Under the pieces are notes generated by a model. That model was not told the origin of the DNA and ran no database searches. It worked only from the letters and a program-made list of their open reading frames with translations. From a virus, in IMG/VR virus record IMGVR_UViG_3300021171_000012, positions 6,984 through 70,983 of that record: 64,000 nt of DNA; one strand, written 5' to 3'. Shown here piece after piece: positions 18,013-27,040 of the stretch. The position numbers and the translations under genes were made by a program. How positions within the stretch are numbered: the first letter of the stretch is position 1; every line of letters starts with the position of its first letter.

Positions 18013-18390
18013 ATGCCCGCCCAATTAGTTCTTTTCCTCGACACCGTCGGCGTTCTCCACTGCGAAGCGCCTGGCGCTAACGGATCGCGGCGCAAGGTCG
18101 ATCTACCGTTCGATTTCGCGCAAGTAAATCCTGAGATCATGACTGAACTAAACGGACAGCTAGAAGCCGAACGCGATCGCAAACGCGCTGCGCTGCGCGA
18201 AATACAAAATCAGAACATCAACTATGTCGCGGTTGAACACGGTAAACACCTAGCTAAGAAAATCTGGAAAAATGGCGAGCTCGCCTTCAGTCGCGCAATT
18301 GCCCGCAAGCTCGCCCTAGTCGAGTCGGAAAAGCCAGTTAAGAAAAACGCACCGCGCCACACGGCACCGGGTGTCGTTTTGGAGATCTGA
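18013..18390 (+). CDS. Hypothetical early protein (C-term VVLEI)
   Basis: 125 aa ORF after the promoter. Confidence 0.65.
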   Translation: MPAQLVLFLDTVGVLHCEAPGANGSRRKVDLPFDFAQVNPEIMTELNGQLEAERDRKRAALREIQNQNINYVAVEHGKHLAKKIWKNGELAFSRAIARKLALVESEKPVKKNAPRHTAPGVVLEI

Positions 18391-18391
18391 A

Positions 18392-18655
18392 ATGCTAATC
18401 TCCACTCGCGAAATCGCCGGCGAAGTTTTCTATGTTTTGACCGACCCAACACGCGGCATCTATCGCCTCGCGTCGCAGAGTCGCGCCGACGCTCGACGCA
18501 CAATCCCGAAAGCACTCGCCGCGCCAAGTTCCGACTGGCTATCAGCGAGTCAATACCAAAAGGCGGTCGGAGTTCTTAGTCACGAGCGCAGCGAGTGCGC
18601 AGGCCGAGAAGTCTGTCGAGGAGTCTACCGCAATAACCCGATCCTAGAGATTTGA
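18392..18655 (+). CDS. Hypothetical early protein (C-term PILEI)
   Basis: GGAG RBS before ATG 18392. Confidence 0.55.
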   Translation: MLISTREIAGEVFYVLTDPTRGIYRLASQSRADARRTIPKALAAPSSDWLSASQYQKAVGVLSHERSECAGREVCRGVYRNNPILEI

Positions 18656-18685
18656 CGAGCGCAGCGAGCACCTAAGAGGCTTAGA

Positions 18686-18934
18686 ATGTCCATCTTCACC
18701 AAGCGCCACTACATCTGGCTCGCCAGCGTCGGTCGAGACCAGATGACAGAAGCGAGAGCAGTCGGTGGAGCTAGCGGAGCTAGCGCGGTACTGATAAGTC
18801 TACTGACTCTTGCCGACGCCCTCGCGAACGAAAGTCCCGACGGTTTCGATCGAGACTTATTTCTCGAAAACTGTGGAGTCTTTTCCTCAAACCCGGAGAT
18901 GAGAAATGTCCACTCCAAAGGCACAGCCGATTAG
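18686..18934 (+). CDS. Hypothetical early protein
   Basis: GAGG RBS; FTKRHY...LAD.L..E...FDRDLFL..CG pattern seen in small phage proteins. Confidence 0.6.
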   Translation: MSIFTKRHYIWLASVGRDQMTEARAVGGASGASAVLISLLTLADALANESPDGFDRDLFLENCGVFSSNPEMRNVHSKGTAD

Positions 18935-19148
18935 ACTCAGCCTATGGCGCCTTGTCAACGGCGCGGATCAGGTTGAGTACGACTACGGAAGCAACAACCA
19001 CGAAACCAGCGTGGCAATCGCTAGTTTAAATCTCGACTATCTAATGGCCGAGTCGGATCTCGACGCCCACACTATTTGCGACCTCGTTCGCCCGATCATG
19101 CTCGACCTTCAGCGCGTTTGGCTGGACTCTAAACGGAGGACAGTCTGA
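18906..19148 (+). CDS. Hypothetical protein
   Basis: GGAG upstream; TGATG coupling to the next gene. Confidence 0.5.
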   Translation: MSTPKAQPIRLSLWRLVNGADQVEYDYGSNNHETSVAIASLNLDYLMAESDLDAHTICDLVRPIMLDLQRVWLDSKRRTV

Positions 19149-20791
19149 TGATCGGCGACAACCCTGCCGCGGAATTGTGGGATCATATCACCATACTATT
19201 GGGTGATAGTAATCTAAATCCTAATACTCTGCAAGCCTCGGACCTCAGAGTTCGCCTCACTCTAAAGTCTGCAATCCGCCAATGGATAATCGCCAAGGGC
19301 GTCTCCGAGCGCACCGCGGCTGGAATGGGCGACGTCGGGCTTGCCAAGTGCGTTTCGATCGGCAATGTCTATATCAATGGCATTATCCGCCGCGAGGCGG
19401 AGGAACAGGACGGCCGGCGTAAAGTCCGCGGGGGCGATCGCTTCGGACGCAACGATGTTTTAGACTTAGACAGCCCACCCAAAGTTTTTAAGCCGGACGA
19501 AACTCCGAAACTCGGCGATCTCCTTGGAACTCCGAAAGTCGAAAATGAGATCGAAAAACCGAAACCCCAATTCGATCTCGATGACCTAGCAAAGGCCGCC
19601 GATGCCGTTATCGCTCCCCGTATTCACGCAGCGACAGCGGCGCTCACAGGTTCAGTCGCGGAGGCAGTTAAGACCTATACACGCACTGAGATCGAGAGAA
19701 TCGGTCTAGGCAATAACTTATCTAAAGAGATCGAAGATCTGGTCGAGCGGTCTACGATCGCTGCGGTTGAGAAGCTAATGCCGCGAGCGATCGACTTAAG
19801 AATGCCCCACGGCGAAAACCGTATCCTAAAAGCCGAACCGAGGCATCGAAAGTTCGACGTGATTCTCAAGTGGCTCTCAACCGGACAGCATGTTTATGCC
19901 GTTGGGCCAAAAGGCTCCGGTAAGACCCACATGGGAGTGCAGTTAGCAGAGGCGCTCGATCTAAAGTTCTATCCGATAGCGCAAGCGTTGACAAAGTACG
20001 ACCTCAGCGGCTATACCAGCCCCACCGGCGAGTATATCAAGACGCTGATGCGAGATGTGATCGAGCATGGTGGTCTAGCTCTGATCGACGAAGGCGATAT
20101 GTGGGCAGCAGCGGCATTAGGCTTCCTAAATAGCGCGCTCGCGAATAACTTCATCGCCTTCCCCGACAAGGTTATCGAGGTCCACAAGGACTTCCGATGC
20201 CTGTTAGCGGCGAACACTTTCGGAACCGGCGCCGATCGCCAGTATGTCGGCCGTAATCCCCTTGACGCCGCATCCCTCGACCGCTTTGCTTTCGAGGTTA
20301 TCGACTACGACCCCGATATGGAAAGGCAGATATTCGGCCCAAGTGCGTGGCTCGACTATGTTCACCGAGTTCGCTCAGCGTGCAGTCAACTCAATCTTCC
20401 GCACCTAATTCCCTCGATGCGTGCGATCTCAAAAGGACTAAAGGGCTATTCTGTCGATATGGATGCGGACTCGATAGCAGCAAGTTCAATCTGGATGGGC
20501 GCCGCGCAGGACACAATCTCTAAGATCAAAAACATCGCCGGTGAGCCACCACGGGTTAAGGAAAAGCAAAACGTCGAATCTCCTATCAATAACGACTATT
20601 ATACAATGCGGGACTTTAGAGACTTCGTTGTAAAGGATCAAATGATTGATGCAATCAAAGTTCTAAGAGTCCAGTTCCCCAATCTTGGCCTCAAAGACGC
20701 TAAAGACCTAACCGAGAACTACCGCGACGGCCTTAAGACTATCGGCGATGTCTGCATAATCGCCGCGGAGAAGGAAAGGGCCGTCGCATGA
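19148..20791 (+). CDS. MoxR/CobS-like AAA+ ATPase with a C-terminal ribosomal L7/L12-like domain
   Basis: Walker A GPKGSGKT, Walker B LIDEGD, AANTFG.GADRQYVGRN.LDAASLDRF; tail IDAIKVLR...LGLKDAKDLTE. Confidence 0.85.
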   Translation: MIGDNPAAELWDHITILLGDSNLNPNTLQASDLRVRLTLKSAIRQWIIAKGVSERTAAGMGDVGLAKCVSIGNVYINGIIRREAEEQDGRRKVRGGDRFGRNDVLDLDSPPKVFKPDETPKLGDLLGTPKVENEIEKPKPQFDLDDLAKAADAVIAPRIHAATAALTGSVAEAVKTYTRTEIERIGLGNNLSKEIEDLVERSTIAAVEKLMPRAIDLRMPHGENRILKAEPRHRKFDVILKWLSTGQHVYAVGPKGSGKTHMGVQLAEALDLKFYPIAQALTKYDLSGYTSPTGEYIKTLMRDVIEHGGLALIDEGDMWAAAALGFLNSALANNFIAFPDKVIEVHKDFRCLLAANTFGTGADRQYVGRNPLDAASLDRFAFEVIDYDPDMERQIFGPSAWLDYVHRVRSACSQLNLPHLIPSMRAISKGLKGYSVDMDADSIAASSIWMGAAQDTISKIKNIAGEPPRVKEKQNVESPINNDYYTMRDFRDFVVKDQMIDAIKVLRVQFPNLGLKDAKDLTENYRDGLKTIGDVCIIAAEKERAVA

Positions 20792-20979
20792 CCGACAACG
20801 CTAACAGCGCGGTAATGTGGCGAGTGAACTATCATGCACCGCGTAGCAGACTAGAAAAATACGGAAGCGTTCTAGTTCTAGCTGAGCGGGCAGATGAGGC
20901 TATAAGGCAGACCATCGGTATGACATTAGCCTTAAAACTGGGCAAGGTAAAAATAATAAGTGCCGAGGTAGAGCCATGA
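20788..20979 (+). CDS. Hypothetical protein
   Basis: ATGA overlaps on both sides. Confidence 0.45.
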   Translation: MTDNANSAVMWRVNYHAPRSRLEKYGSVLVLAERADEAIRQTIGMTLALKLGKVKIISAEVEP

Positions 20980-22070
20980 CCACCGACTGGCCAATCTGGA
21001 AAACCCGCTTAGGCCTAGTCCCAGATCAAGATAAGGGTCTTAAGCCGCAACCGAATGACGAAGAGGATCTCGACTTTGAAGATCAAGATCCTCTAGATGA
21101 GGACGGTGATGATCTAGACCCGGATCTTGACGAGCAACGCGAGCAGACACCGCAACGTGGACAGCTAGATGATCCCCTAGAATGGGAAACATCAGTTATA
21201 CCGTTCCCGACTAAGGTCGCCCTCCCCCCGTGCAACGCCCGCGACTTCAATTCGTGGAGCGAGTTCGTCGAAAGCACCACGGACGAATCATTAGTTGGTT
21301 GGAAAGGTCGCCGCGCTAGTCGCGATGAGTCGGACAAAAATCAAAAATCAAACCCATGGTCCGGGACCGCAACCTGGCAGCAAGCCGTCGACATGGCAAC
21401 TAGGACAGGCTGGCCCGAAGGACGTAAGCTCTTAAGCGAAATGCTCGTTGCGATCAGTCCACGACCGGAGCCCTACAGGACACTAGAATATAGTGTCGCC
21501 GGCGCGTTCCCAATGGTCCCAAACTATTGCGCCGGCGATCCCGAGTGTATGGTTATAGATCCGGGGTCGGATCTTAGACACGCTAAGCCAATTATTCGGA
21601 TCGACTACAATCACTGGGTAAGTGCCTATGTAACCCCGAAAGACATGATGCTCCGCGGCGCCGCGATAATTAGTCTCGCCGACAGTCTCGAGCGAACCGG
21701 CTTCAGCGTTGAGCTTCGGATTGTCGGAAACTCTCGCAGCCATTATTCTAGCAAGGAGTTCCGCTACTCTATAGTCTATAAGCGCGCTGGGGAGATACTA
21801 GACCTCGACCGTGCGGCATTTGCAATCGCCCATCCGAGTTCGATGCGAAGACTAGCTTTTGCAATCCTCGAACAACACTACGAATGCGAACAGGCATTCT
21901 CCGTCGGCTACGGCCAACCCATGTACGAGTCGAACGACAAGTCAAGCGACGCAATCTTCGTCCCTGGAAGTCGCGGCGGAGAGACACCAGAGTCTGCAAA
22001 AGCAGCGGTTGAGAAAGCCGCAGAAAGACTCCTTACCGAGATCCAAGAAAACCGAGAAGTAGGAGACTAG
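20976..22070 (+). CDS. vWA-like (CobT-like) partner of the AAA+ ATPase
   Basis: Acidic N-terminus; AGAFP.VP.Y.AGDPECM; RGAAI..L.D.LE..G..VEL; FAIAHPSSMRRL; near the MoxR-like ATPase. Confidence 0.65.
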   Translation: MTTDWPIWKTRLGLVPDQDKGLKPQPNDEEDLDFEDQDPLDEDGDDLDPDLDEQREQTPQRGQLDDPLEWETSVIPFPTKVALPPCNARDFNSWSEFVESTTDESLVGWKGRRASRDESDKNQKSNPWSGTATWQQAVDMATRTGWPEGRKLLSEMLVAISPRPEPYRTLEYSVAGAFPMVPNYCAGDPECMVIDPGSDLRHAKPIIRIDYNHWVSAYVTPKDMMLRGAAIISLADSLERTGFSVELRIVGNSRSHYSSKEFRYSIVYKRAGEILDLDRAAFAIAHPSSMRRLAFAILEQHYECEQAFSVGYGQPMYESNDKSSDAIFVPGSRGGETPESAKAAVEKAAERLLTEIQENREVGD

Positions 22071-22176
22071 AAGTGACTAACCTTTACCGCGTATCCCGGA
22101 TCAGGACTACGAAAGTCTAACCTTTGCTATCTACGACCCACCGATTGGAAAAGTATCTCGTTCTAGGAGAACAGAA

Positions 22177-22386
22177 ATGACCGACAAAGACACTGAATTG
22201 CTAAAGAAAGCTGTAAGAGCAGCATTAGACGCTACTCAAGGCCCACACACCGATGAAGAGTTCGAAATTAGATGGAAATTTAACCCAGATCCAGAGCACG
22301 TCAGACTTGGTGGTCCCTGGTATTTACTTCAAGTGGCACAGATAGTCCTTGAAGTCTTTAAGAAAGACCGCGGAGAAGCGCAATGA
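22177..22386 (+). CDS. Hypothetical protein
   Basis: AGGAG RBS. Confidence 0.55.
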   Translation: MTDKDTELLKKAVRAALDATQGPHTDEEFEIRWKFNPDPEHVRLGGPWYLLQVAQIVLEVFKKDRGEAQ

Positions 22387-22724
22387 CCAACAAAGTCGAA
22401 AAGGTCTATACCCTTCCAATCGTCGGAAGTAGGTTCCATCCTCCAGCTGATGATATTCTCGAGGTCATTGCTATCGGAACTCTGCTAATCCTCCGGGCCG
22501 ATCCCCACAACCGTTTCGACGAAAACGCCATCGGCATTTGGATTGCTAAGATCGACTCCCCAATCAAGACCACTCTTCGTCAACCCGAATATCACCTTGG
22601 CTTCATTCCGAAAGACCTCGCAAAAGTTCTCCGAGAACGAGGCTTTCCCACTGACACCGACATCCCCGGTGAATTCTATTTAAAGTCCGACAGCAACCAA
22701 CCCCACATTAGGTTCCAGCTATGA
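22383..22724 (+). CDS. HIRAN domain protein
   Basis: IVGSRFH...LRADPHNRFDENAI...LGFIPK. Confidence 0.8.
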   Translation: MTNKVEKVYTLPIVGSRFHPPADDILEVIAIGTLLILRADPHNRFDENAIGIWIAKIDSPIKTTLRQPEYHLGFIPKDLAKVLRERGFPTDTDIPGEFYLKSDSNQPHIRFQL

Positions 22725-22826
22725 GACTTCGACTAACCAATCGCGACCGGCGAATAATCGCCGCCTGGAAGAAGGACTTACTCACTACCCCTGACGATCT
22801 ACTATCCAAACCAAAGGAGACTAGCC

Positions 22827-23144
22827 ATGAAACCAGTATCGAGGACTATCGTCGTCGTTGGCGCGGTACTAAGCAGCCTCGCCGCGTGCGCCCCGACAAC
22901 CTACATCCGCCCCGGAACACCCGTTCAGGTCGCAAACATTGACCGTGCTCAGTGTGCACTTTTTGCGCAGACGACCGACCCCGGCTACCATGACCCAAAT
23001 ACGGGAAACTGGAAAGCAAACGTCGCGCTCTCTGTCGTCGATGGCATAAGCCGCGGTCTTACGATCGCCGGGAACTTCCGACTTTGCATGGAGGCTCGGG
23101 GTTATGAGGCGGTTCAAGCAGGGGCAAACAATGTCCGACAGTGA
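22827..23144 (+). CDS. Lipoprotein
   Basis: Signal with LAAC lipobox; D.AQC...F.LCMEARGY. Confidence 0.65.
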   Translation: MKPVSRTIVVVGAVLSSLAACAPTTYIRPGTPVQVANIDRAQCALFAQTTDPGYHDPNTGNWKANVALSVVDGISRGLTIAGNFRLCMEARGYEAVQAGANNVRQ

Positions 23145-23406
23145 AATCCCGGCTATCAACGAGGACCTAATTCGTCGCTATTTCGAGGCCGGCGACCTGA
23201 AGAACCTTCTCTCGATTTTTAACTTCCAACAACGATGCAAGAACCGAGCAGAAGAGCTTAGTCGGGCATATCTCGCCCAGATGGTCGTTCTCGGAAAGAC
23301 TCTCGACGCTCTACGCGAGGGACTCAAGCCCGAAAGACCAGAGAAGTCTGAAGCGAAGAAACCGAAATCCGAAGCCCTGTCGAAGTCCCAAGTTCTCGAC
23401 ATCTAG
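23131..23406 (+). CDS. Hypothetical protein (C-term QVLDI)
   Basis: Coiled-coil, Lys-rich linker. Confidence 0.55.
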   Translation: MSDSEIPAINEDLIRRYFEAGDLKNLLSIFNFQQRCKNRAEELSRAYLAQMVVLGKTLDALREGLKPERPEKSEAKKPKSEALSKSQVLDI

Positions 23407-23419
23407 AAGGATCAACCTC

Positions 23420-23953
23420 ATGACAACAGCCAACCCCACAACCCGCGAGTTCATGTCCCACACAATCGAACTCACCGACGATCTCAGGTTTAAAGTAACG
23501 GGAGAGGAGTTCGCTAACAACCAGCCCCGCGACTGCATTTTCAACAGCCTAGTCGACGCCAAAGCTAGGATCGAGAAGTTAGTGTCAGAGACAAGTAAGG
23601 TTCGAGCCCAGAACATCGTTCTCGCTCTATCGGTTCTTCAAGAAGACGGAACAGTCGTTAGGGTAACGAAAATCAACCGCCGCGATGGAACTATGAATGA
23701 CGTCTCGGGAAGATACGTTTACCCTAACACCGACTGGCTCAGAGGTATAATCCGTGAGCATACAAGACTCAACGTCGAGGCACGAAAACTCTATAATATA
23801 ATGTCCTCAGTACAAATAAGTGTGACGCGCAGATACGGCCGCATTGCAGCAGAGAGCTATGGCCAAGCTATCTCAGAACTCAAAAAGCAATACGACGAGA
23901 TGCTCGCTCTCGCAAAGAAAATGGAATTCGAAGCAGCCAAAGTAAGTTCCTGA
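23420..23953 (+). CDS. Hypothetical protein
   Basis: 177 aa, AAGGA RBS. Confidence 0.6.
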   Translation: MTTANPTTREFMSHTIELTDDLRFKVTGEEFANNQPRDCIFNSLVDAKARIEKLVSETSKVRAQNIVLALSVLQEDGTVVRVTKINRRDGTMNDVSGRYVYPNTDWLRGIIREHTRLNVEARKLYNIMSSVQISVTRRYGRIAAESYGQAISELKKQYDEMLALAKKMEFEAAKVSS

Positions 23954-23983
23954 TCTAAGTTCCTAAAAGGAAAGTCCCAAATC

Positions 23984-24277
23984 ATGCCTACAATCACACC
24001 AGAGAACAACGACGAAGTTAGACTGGACCTCGTTATTCGGAAGCACTCGAACTTAGGAACGGTGATAGTTCCTATATCCGGTAGGATCTGCGAAACCGAT
24101 GCTAGTCGCGAAGCCGTCTCAGTCACAATCGAAGTAAAGCCATATAAGCTCGTCGCACTCATTGCAATCGCAGACCTGGAATGGAACTCTGTCGAGTCTG
24201 TGTGGAAGGTCAAGACTCCAGTTCTCGACAAACCTCCAGGATCAGACGAGATAACCCCTTACCGCGTAGTCAGCTAA
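23984..24277 (+). CDS. Hypothetical protein
   Basis: 97 aa, AAGGA RBS. Confidence 0.5.
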   Translation: MPTITPENNDEVRLDLVIRKHSNLGTVIVPISGRICETDASREAVSVTIEVKPYKLVALIAIADLEWNSVESVWKVKTPVLDKPPGSDEITPYRVVS

Positions 24278-24342
24278 ATTTAGTCGGATAGCTATTGTAT
24301 GCCTCCTATTCCACACGCCTATCCTGTGGATAAGTATGCCCC

Positions 24343-24372
24343 TTGACCCCTATATGCCTTCCATGCTACACT
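24343..24372 (+). promoter_or_regulatory. Candidate sigma70 promoter
   Basis: TTGACC-N18-TACACT with TGn extension; flanked by TATGCC motifs and a TGTGGATAA box (24325-24333). Confidence 0.55.
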
Positions 24373-24399
24373 CTTAACTCAAAACAAAGGACTAGCCAA

Positions 24400-24642
24400 A
24401 TGCCAAAGTCGCTAGACCAAATGACCCCCCAGGAAGCATATAAGAAAGCCGAAGAACTGCGCAAATTCGGCATCGAATTACACCATTATGCAAAAGAGAT
24501 CATGGGTCTAACAGACCCTGAGATCCTAACCGCCTGCGTTCAGATTATAGACAAAGTTATCAGCGAGCTTGCTGGAAATCACCCTCTCGAAGCGATCATG
24601 CGAGTCGCAACTGCAGAGATAATCGTCCGAGGACATATCTAA
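24400..24642 (+). CDS. Hypothetical protein
   Basis: AAGGA RBS before ATG 24400. Confidence 0.55.
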   Translation: MPKSLDQMTPQEAYKKAEELRKFGIELHHYAKEIMGLTDPEILTACVQIIDKVISELAGNHPLEAIMRVATAEIIVRGHI

Positions 24643-25040
24643 TGAATCGCGAAGCGGAACTCGCTAAACTCGCCGCAGATCCCGATCCTGCTGTCCGACG
24701 CTGGGCCGAGATCGACATGCTACCCGATGAACAAGAAGCATGTTCCGTTATTCATAGCAACGGGACTATTAGGCTCGTTGTTCTAAGATCCAACAGAATT
24801 GCGATCTTCGGCCAGGACGGTCAGCTCTATAAGATCCTCGATGACGCACCCTCGACTGAAGAACTTCGCCGGCTCTCGGAAGAGTTACGAATCAAGCTAA
24901 GCCAAAAAAGTGCCGCCTGGTTCTACGGAGAGCCATCAGACTCAGAGTTCAAACGCGATCTCAAACGGGCCGAACGCGCAGAGCAAGCACAGACTAGACG
25001 CCGAAACATACCATCACCGGCTCAAGTTCTCGACATTTAA
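24642..25040 (+). CDS. Hypothetical protein (C-term QVLDI)
   Basis: 132 aa, TAATG coupling. Confidence 0.6.
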   Translation: MNREAELAKLAADPDPAVRRWAEIDMLPDEQEACSVIHSNGTIRLVVLRSNRIAIFGQDGQLYKILDDAPSTEELRRLSEELRIKLSQKSAAWFYGEPSDSEFKRDLKRAERAEQAQTRRRNIPSPAQVLDI

Positions 25041-25056
25041 CAAGGAACGAATTATC

Positions 25057-25326
25057 GTGCCCACTAAACATCTTCAGCTATCCGAGCTAATAGATCGTGA
25101 AGCTCGCTTTATCGCAACCGAGATCCTCGAAGCTCGATTGACTAAATTCGATCTCCCACTACCGAAAGAGTCTGCACTCGACATTCATATTGATGCAATT
25201 CTAGCTGCAAAGCCGGAACTCTATGAGCAGGCAAAAACTCGTGTCGAAGCTCGAAAGGACGCCTTTAGCGAGGCCCTTCGCGCGATCGACATAGAAGTCG
25301 AGATCGCCCAAGTGTTGGACATCTAA
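25057..25326 (+). CDS. Hypothetical helical protein (C-term QVLDI)
   Basis: AAGGA RBS, GTG start. Confidence 0.6.
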   Translation: MPTKHLQLSELIDREARFIATEILEARLTKFDLPLPKESALDIHIDAILAAKPELYEQAKTRVEARKDAFSEALRAIDIEVEIAQVLDI

Positions 25327-25331
25327 GTTCG

Positions 25332-25559
25332 ATGACCTTATTGGCAGATTCTGCTCGAAACATCCTGCGCGAGGCAATAGTCTCGGAGTTAGGAATAGTC
25401 GTTCGAGTTCAACCAACTTCTGACATGATCGCCCCCGCGCTAAGAGCGAAGCAAGTATTATATAGATTCCGACAAGAAGATTCGGATTTTGCAACATTAC
25501 AGATCGTCCTATCCCCCACAGACCCAGACCGAGAAATCTGGATCATTAAGAAGGACTAA
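25332..25559 (+). CDS. Hypothetical protein
   Basis: 75 aa in operon. Confidence 0.55.
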   Translation: MTLLADSARNILREAIVSELGIVVRVQPTSDMIAPALRAKQVLYRFRQEDSDFATLQIVLSPTDPDREIWIIKKD

Positions 25560-25561
25560 GA

Positions 25562-25765
25562 ATGCCCACCGTCTCTAGCGAACCCCTCATTCGCGTCTGT
25601 ATTCGAGTCCGAAAGGCCGACTACGATTACATCCGAACGGTCACTGAGACCGTTGACGCAGGTGGGATTAACCTAATAATCCGAACCGCCATTCACAGCT
25701 ATGTGACCCAGCTAAAAGCCATCGAAAGACGGAATCTCGACAAACTAGAAAGCCCCACAAAATGA
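25562..25765 (+). CDS. Ribbon-helix-helix-like small DNA-binding protein
   Basis: RVCIRVRKADYDYIR...INLIIRTAIHSYV. Confidence 0.5.
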   Translation: MPTVSSEPLIRVCIRVRKADYDYIRTVTETVDAGGINLIIRTAIHSYVTQLKAIERRNLDKLESPTK

Positions 25766-26022
25766 AGAGCCAGGCCGAAACCCCACACGAACAACACAAT
25801 AGACTAGCCTACGAATTAGGCTTAAGGATACTAACTGAAGTCCCCGACACAATTAACCAGATAATCATCCTCGAAAGTATAGTATCTGGTATCATTAGTA
25901 TGTTTCCGTATAAAGACGAAAAGAGCCGAGAGAAAGCTTTAGACTTTCTTCTAGACGAAATAACAACCGCAGTACGCAAGCGGGTTTTAGAAAAGCCCTT
26001 AGTAAGCAGGAAATCAACATGA
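25762..26022 (+). CDS. Hypothetical protein
   Basis: ATGA coupling. Confidence 0.5.
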   Translation: MKSQAETPHEQHNRLAYELGLRILTEVPDTINQIIILESIVSGIISMFPYKDEKSREKALDFLLDEITTAVRKRVLEKPLVSRKST

Positions 26023-26273
26023 CCCACCGCAGAGCAGGTCTAATGACCCACCGCTTCATTACTCACGCGCGGAACATGGAAGAATTAAGGTCCGAGTTCA
26101 TTTCGGACATCAACAGACGACTGAACATCGTCATGCTCAGAATAAAGAACGCCCCATCAGCGCGCCGATCAGCTAGTCTAGTCCTCCTTCGTGAGGAACT
26201 CGAAAGTCAAAAGGAATTTTGGGAAGACATCGAGTTCGCCGCGCTCAGGAAGAAGGGAGCTCCAGTTCCGTGA
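26019..26273 (+). CDS. Hypothetical protein
   Basis: ATGA coupling; MTHR duplicated at the N-terminus. Confidence 0.5.
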   Translation: MTHRRAGLMTHRFITHARNMEELRSEFISDINRRLNIVMLRIKNAPSARRSASLVLLREELESQKEFWEDIEFAALRKKGAPVP

Positions 26274-26449
26274 CAGAGGATCTATCAAGTTATCAATCGT
26301 CAGAGACAGCGTGGCGTTATGATTCTGCCATTTTCCGCGCCGAGTGTGATATCAAACAGGCTCGCCTAGACTTAGATAAAGCAGAGAAACGTCTAAAAGA
26401 TTTAAAAGATAAACCGCCGCTCTATCATCTATTTAATTGGAGCGCATAA
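26270..26449 (+). CDS. Hypothetical protein
   Basis: GGAG RBS, GTGA coupling. Confidence 0.45.
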   Translation: MTEDLSSYQSSETAWRYDSAIFRAECDIKQARLDLDKAEKRLKDLKDKPPLYHLFNWSA

Positions 26450-26452
26450 GAA

Positions 26453-26773
26453 ATGACCGACACCCCAAATCCAAATCTCAAAGCAGCTTTAGTCGGATCG
26501 CTGAGATTGATAGAGTCTGAGTCGGAACCGCAAAGTGGAACCGACGAATCCCCGCTTCGCGAGGCTACAGTCGACAGTGTAGACTATTTCCTCGACCGGA
26601 TTAATCAAAAGCTCATTGACGGAATGCCAGTTCCGAATCAGGACTTAGAGCAGCTAGCGAACTTCTATCGAGCACAAGCTCTAAAGTGGGCTCAAGAGGA
26701 GGACATTAAGAAGACAAAGTCCCAAACCAAGCGCGAAAAGAAATTCGCCCCCGGAGAGATTATGGACATATAA
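26453..26773 (+). CDS. Hypothetical protein (C-term EIMDI)
   Basis: 106 aa, GGAG RBS. Confidence 0.6.
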   Translation: MTDTPNPNLKAALVGSLRLIESESEPQSGTDESPLREATVDSVDYFLDRINQKLIDGMPVPNQDLEQLANFYRAQALKWAQEEDIKKTKSQTKREKKFAPGEIMDI

Positions 26774-26788
26774 AGGAAATAGACTAAA

Positions 26789-27040
26789 ATGAAACCCCTC
26801 ACCGTAGAAATACGCCACGCGGACAGTGACACAGTATTAGTTAAGCAGTCAGCCCTGCCTCCGCATTCCACCGACAAAGGTATATACTACATAAAAATCG
26901 AGGTAAATGATACATCAGTTGCATGGAGTGCATCTCCAGTAGAAACTCTACAGGGACCACTCACTTTAATTGTCAACATTCCAGACTTACATCCCGAGTC
27001 TGGCTTTGGAAAATTCCTAGACCAAGAAATCGGCGCTTAG
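26789..27040 (+). CDS. Hypothetical protein
   Basis: AAGGA RBS. Confidence 0.5.
   Translation: MKPLTVEIRHADSDTVLVKQSALPPHSTDKGIYYIKIEVNDTSVAWSASPVETLQGPLTLIVNIPDLHPESGFGKFLDQEIGA

Noticed and set aside
17215-18392. Explaining the C-terminal tag purely as an overlapping Shine-Dalgarno sequence
   Set aside because: TTG GAG AT does create GGAG for the next gene in the VLEI cases (18390, 62399) and probably explains WEEI at 17229, but the five LDI/MDI cases use GAC and several have a separate downstream RBS.
19148-22070. Cobalamin biosynthesis (cobS/cobT) supporting the class II RNR
   Set aside because: The similarity is at the level of the general MoxR AAA+/vWA family and no other cob genes are present.
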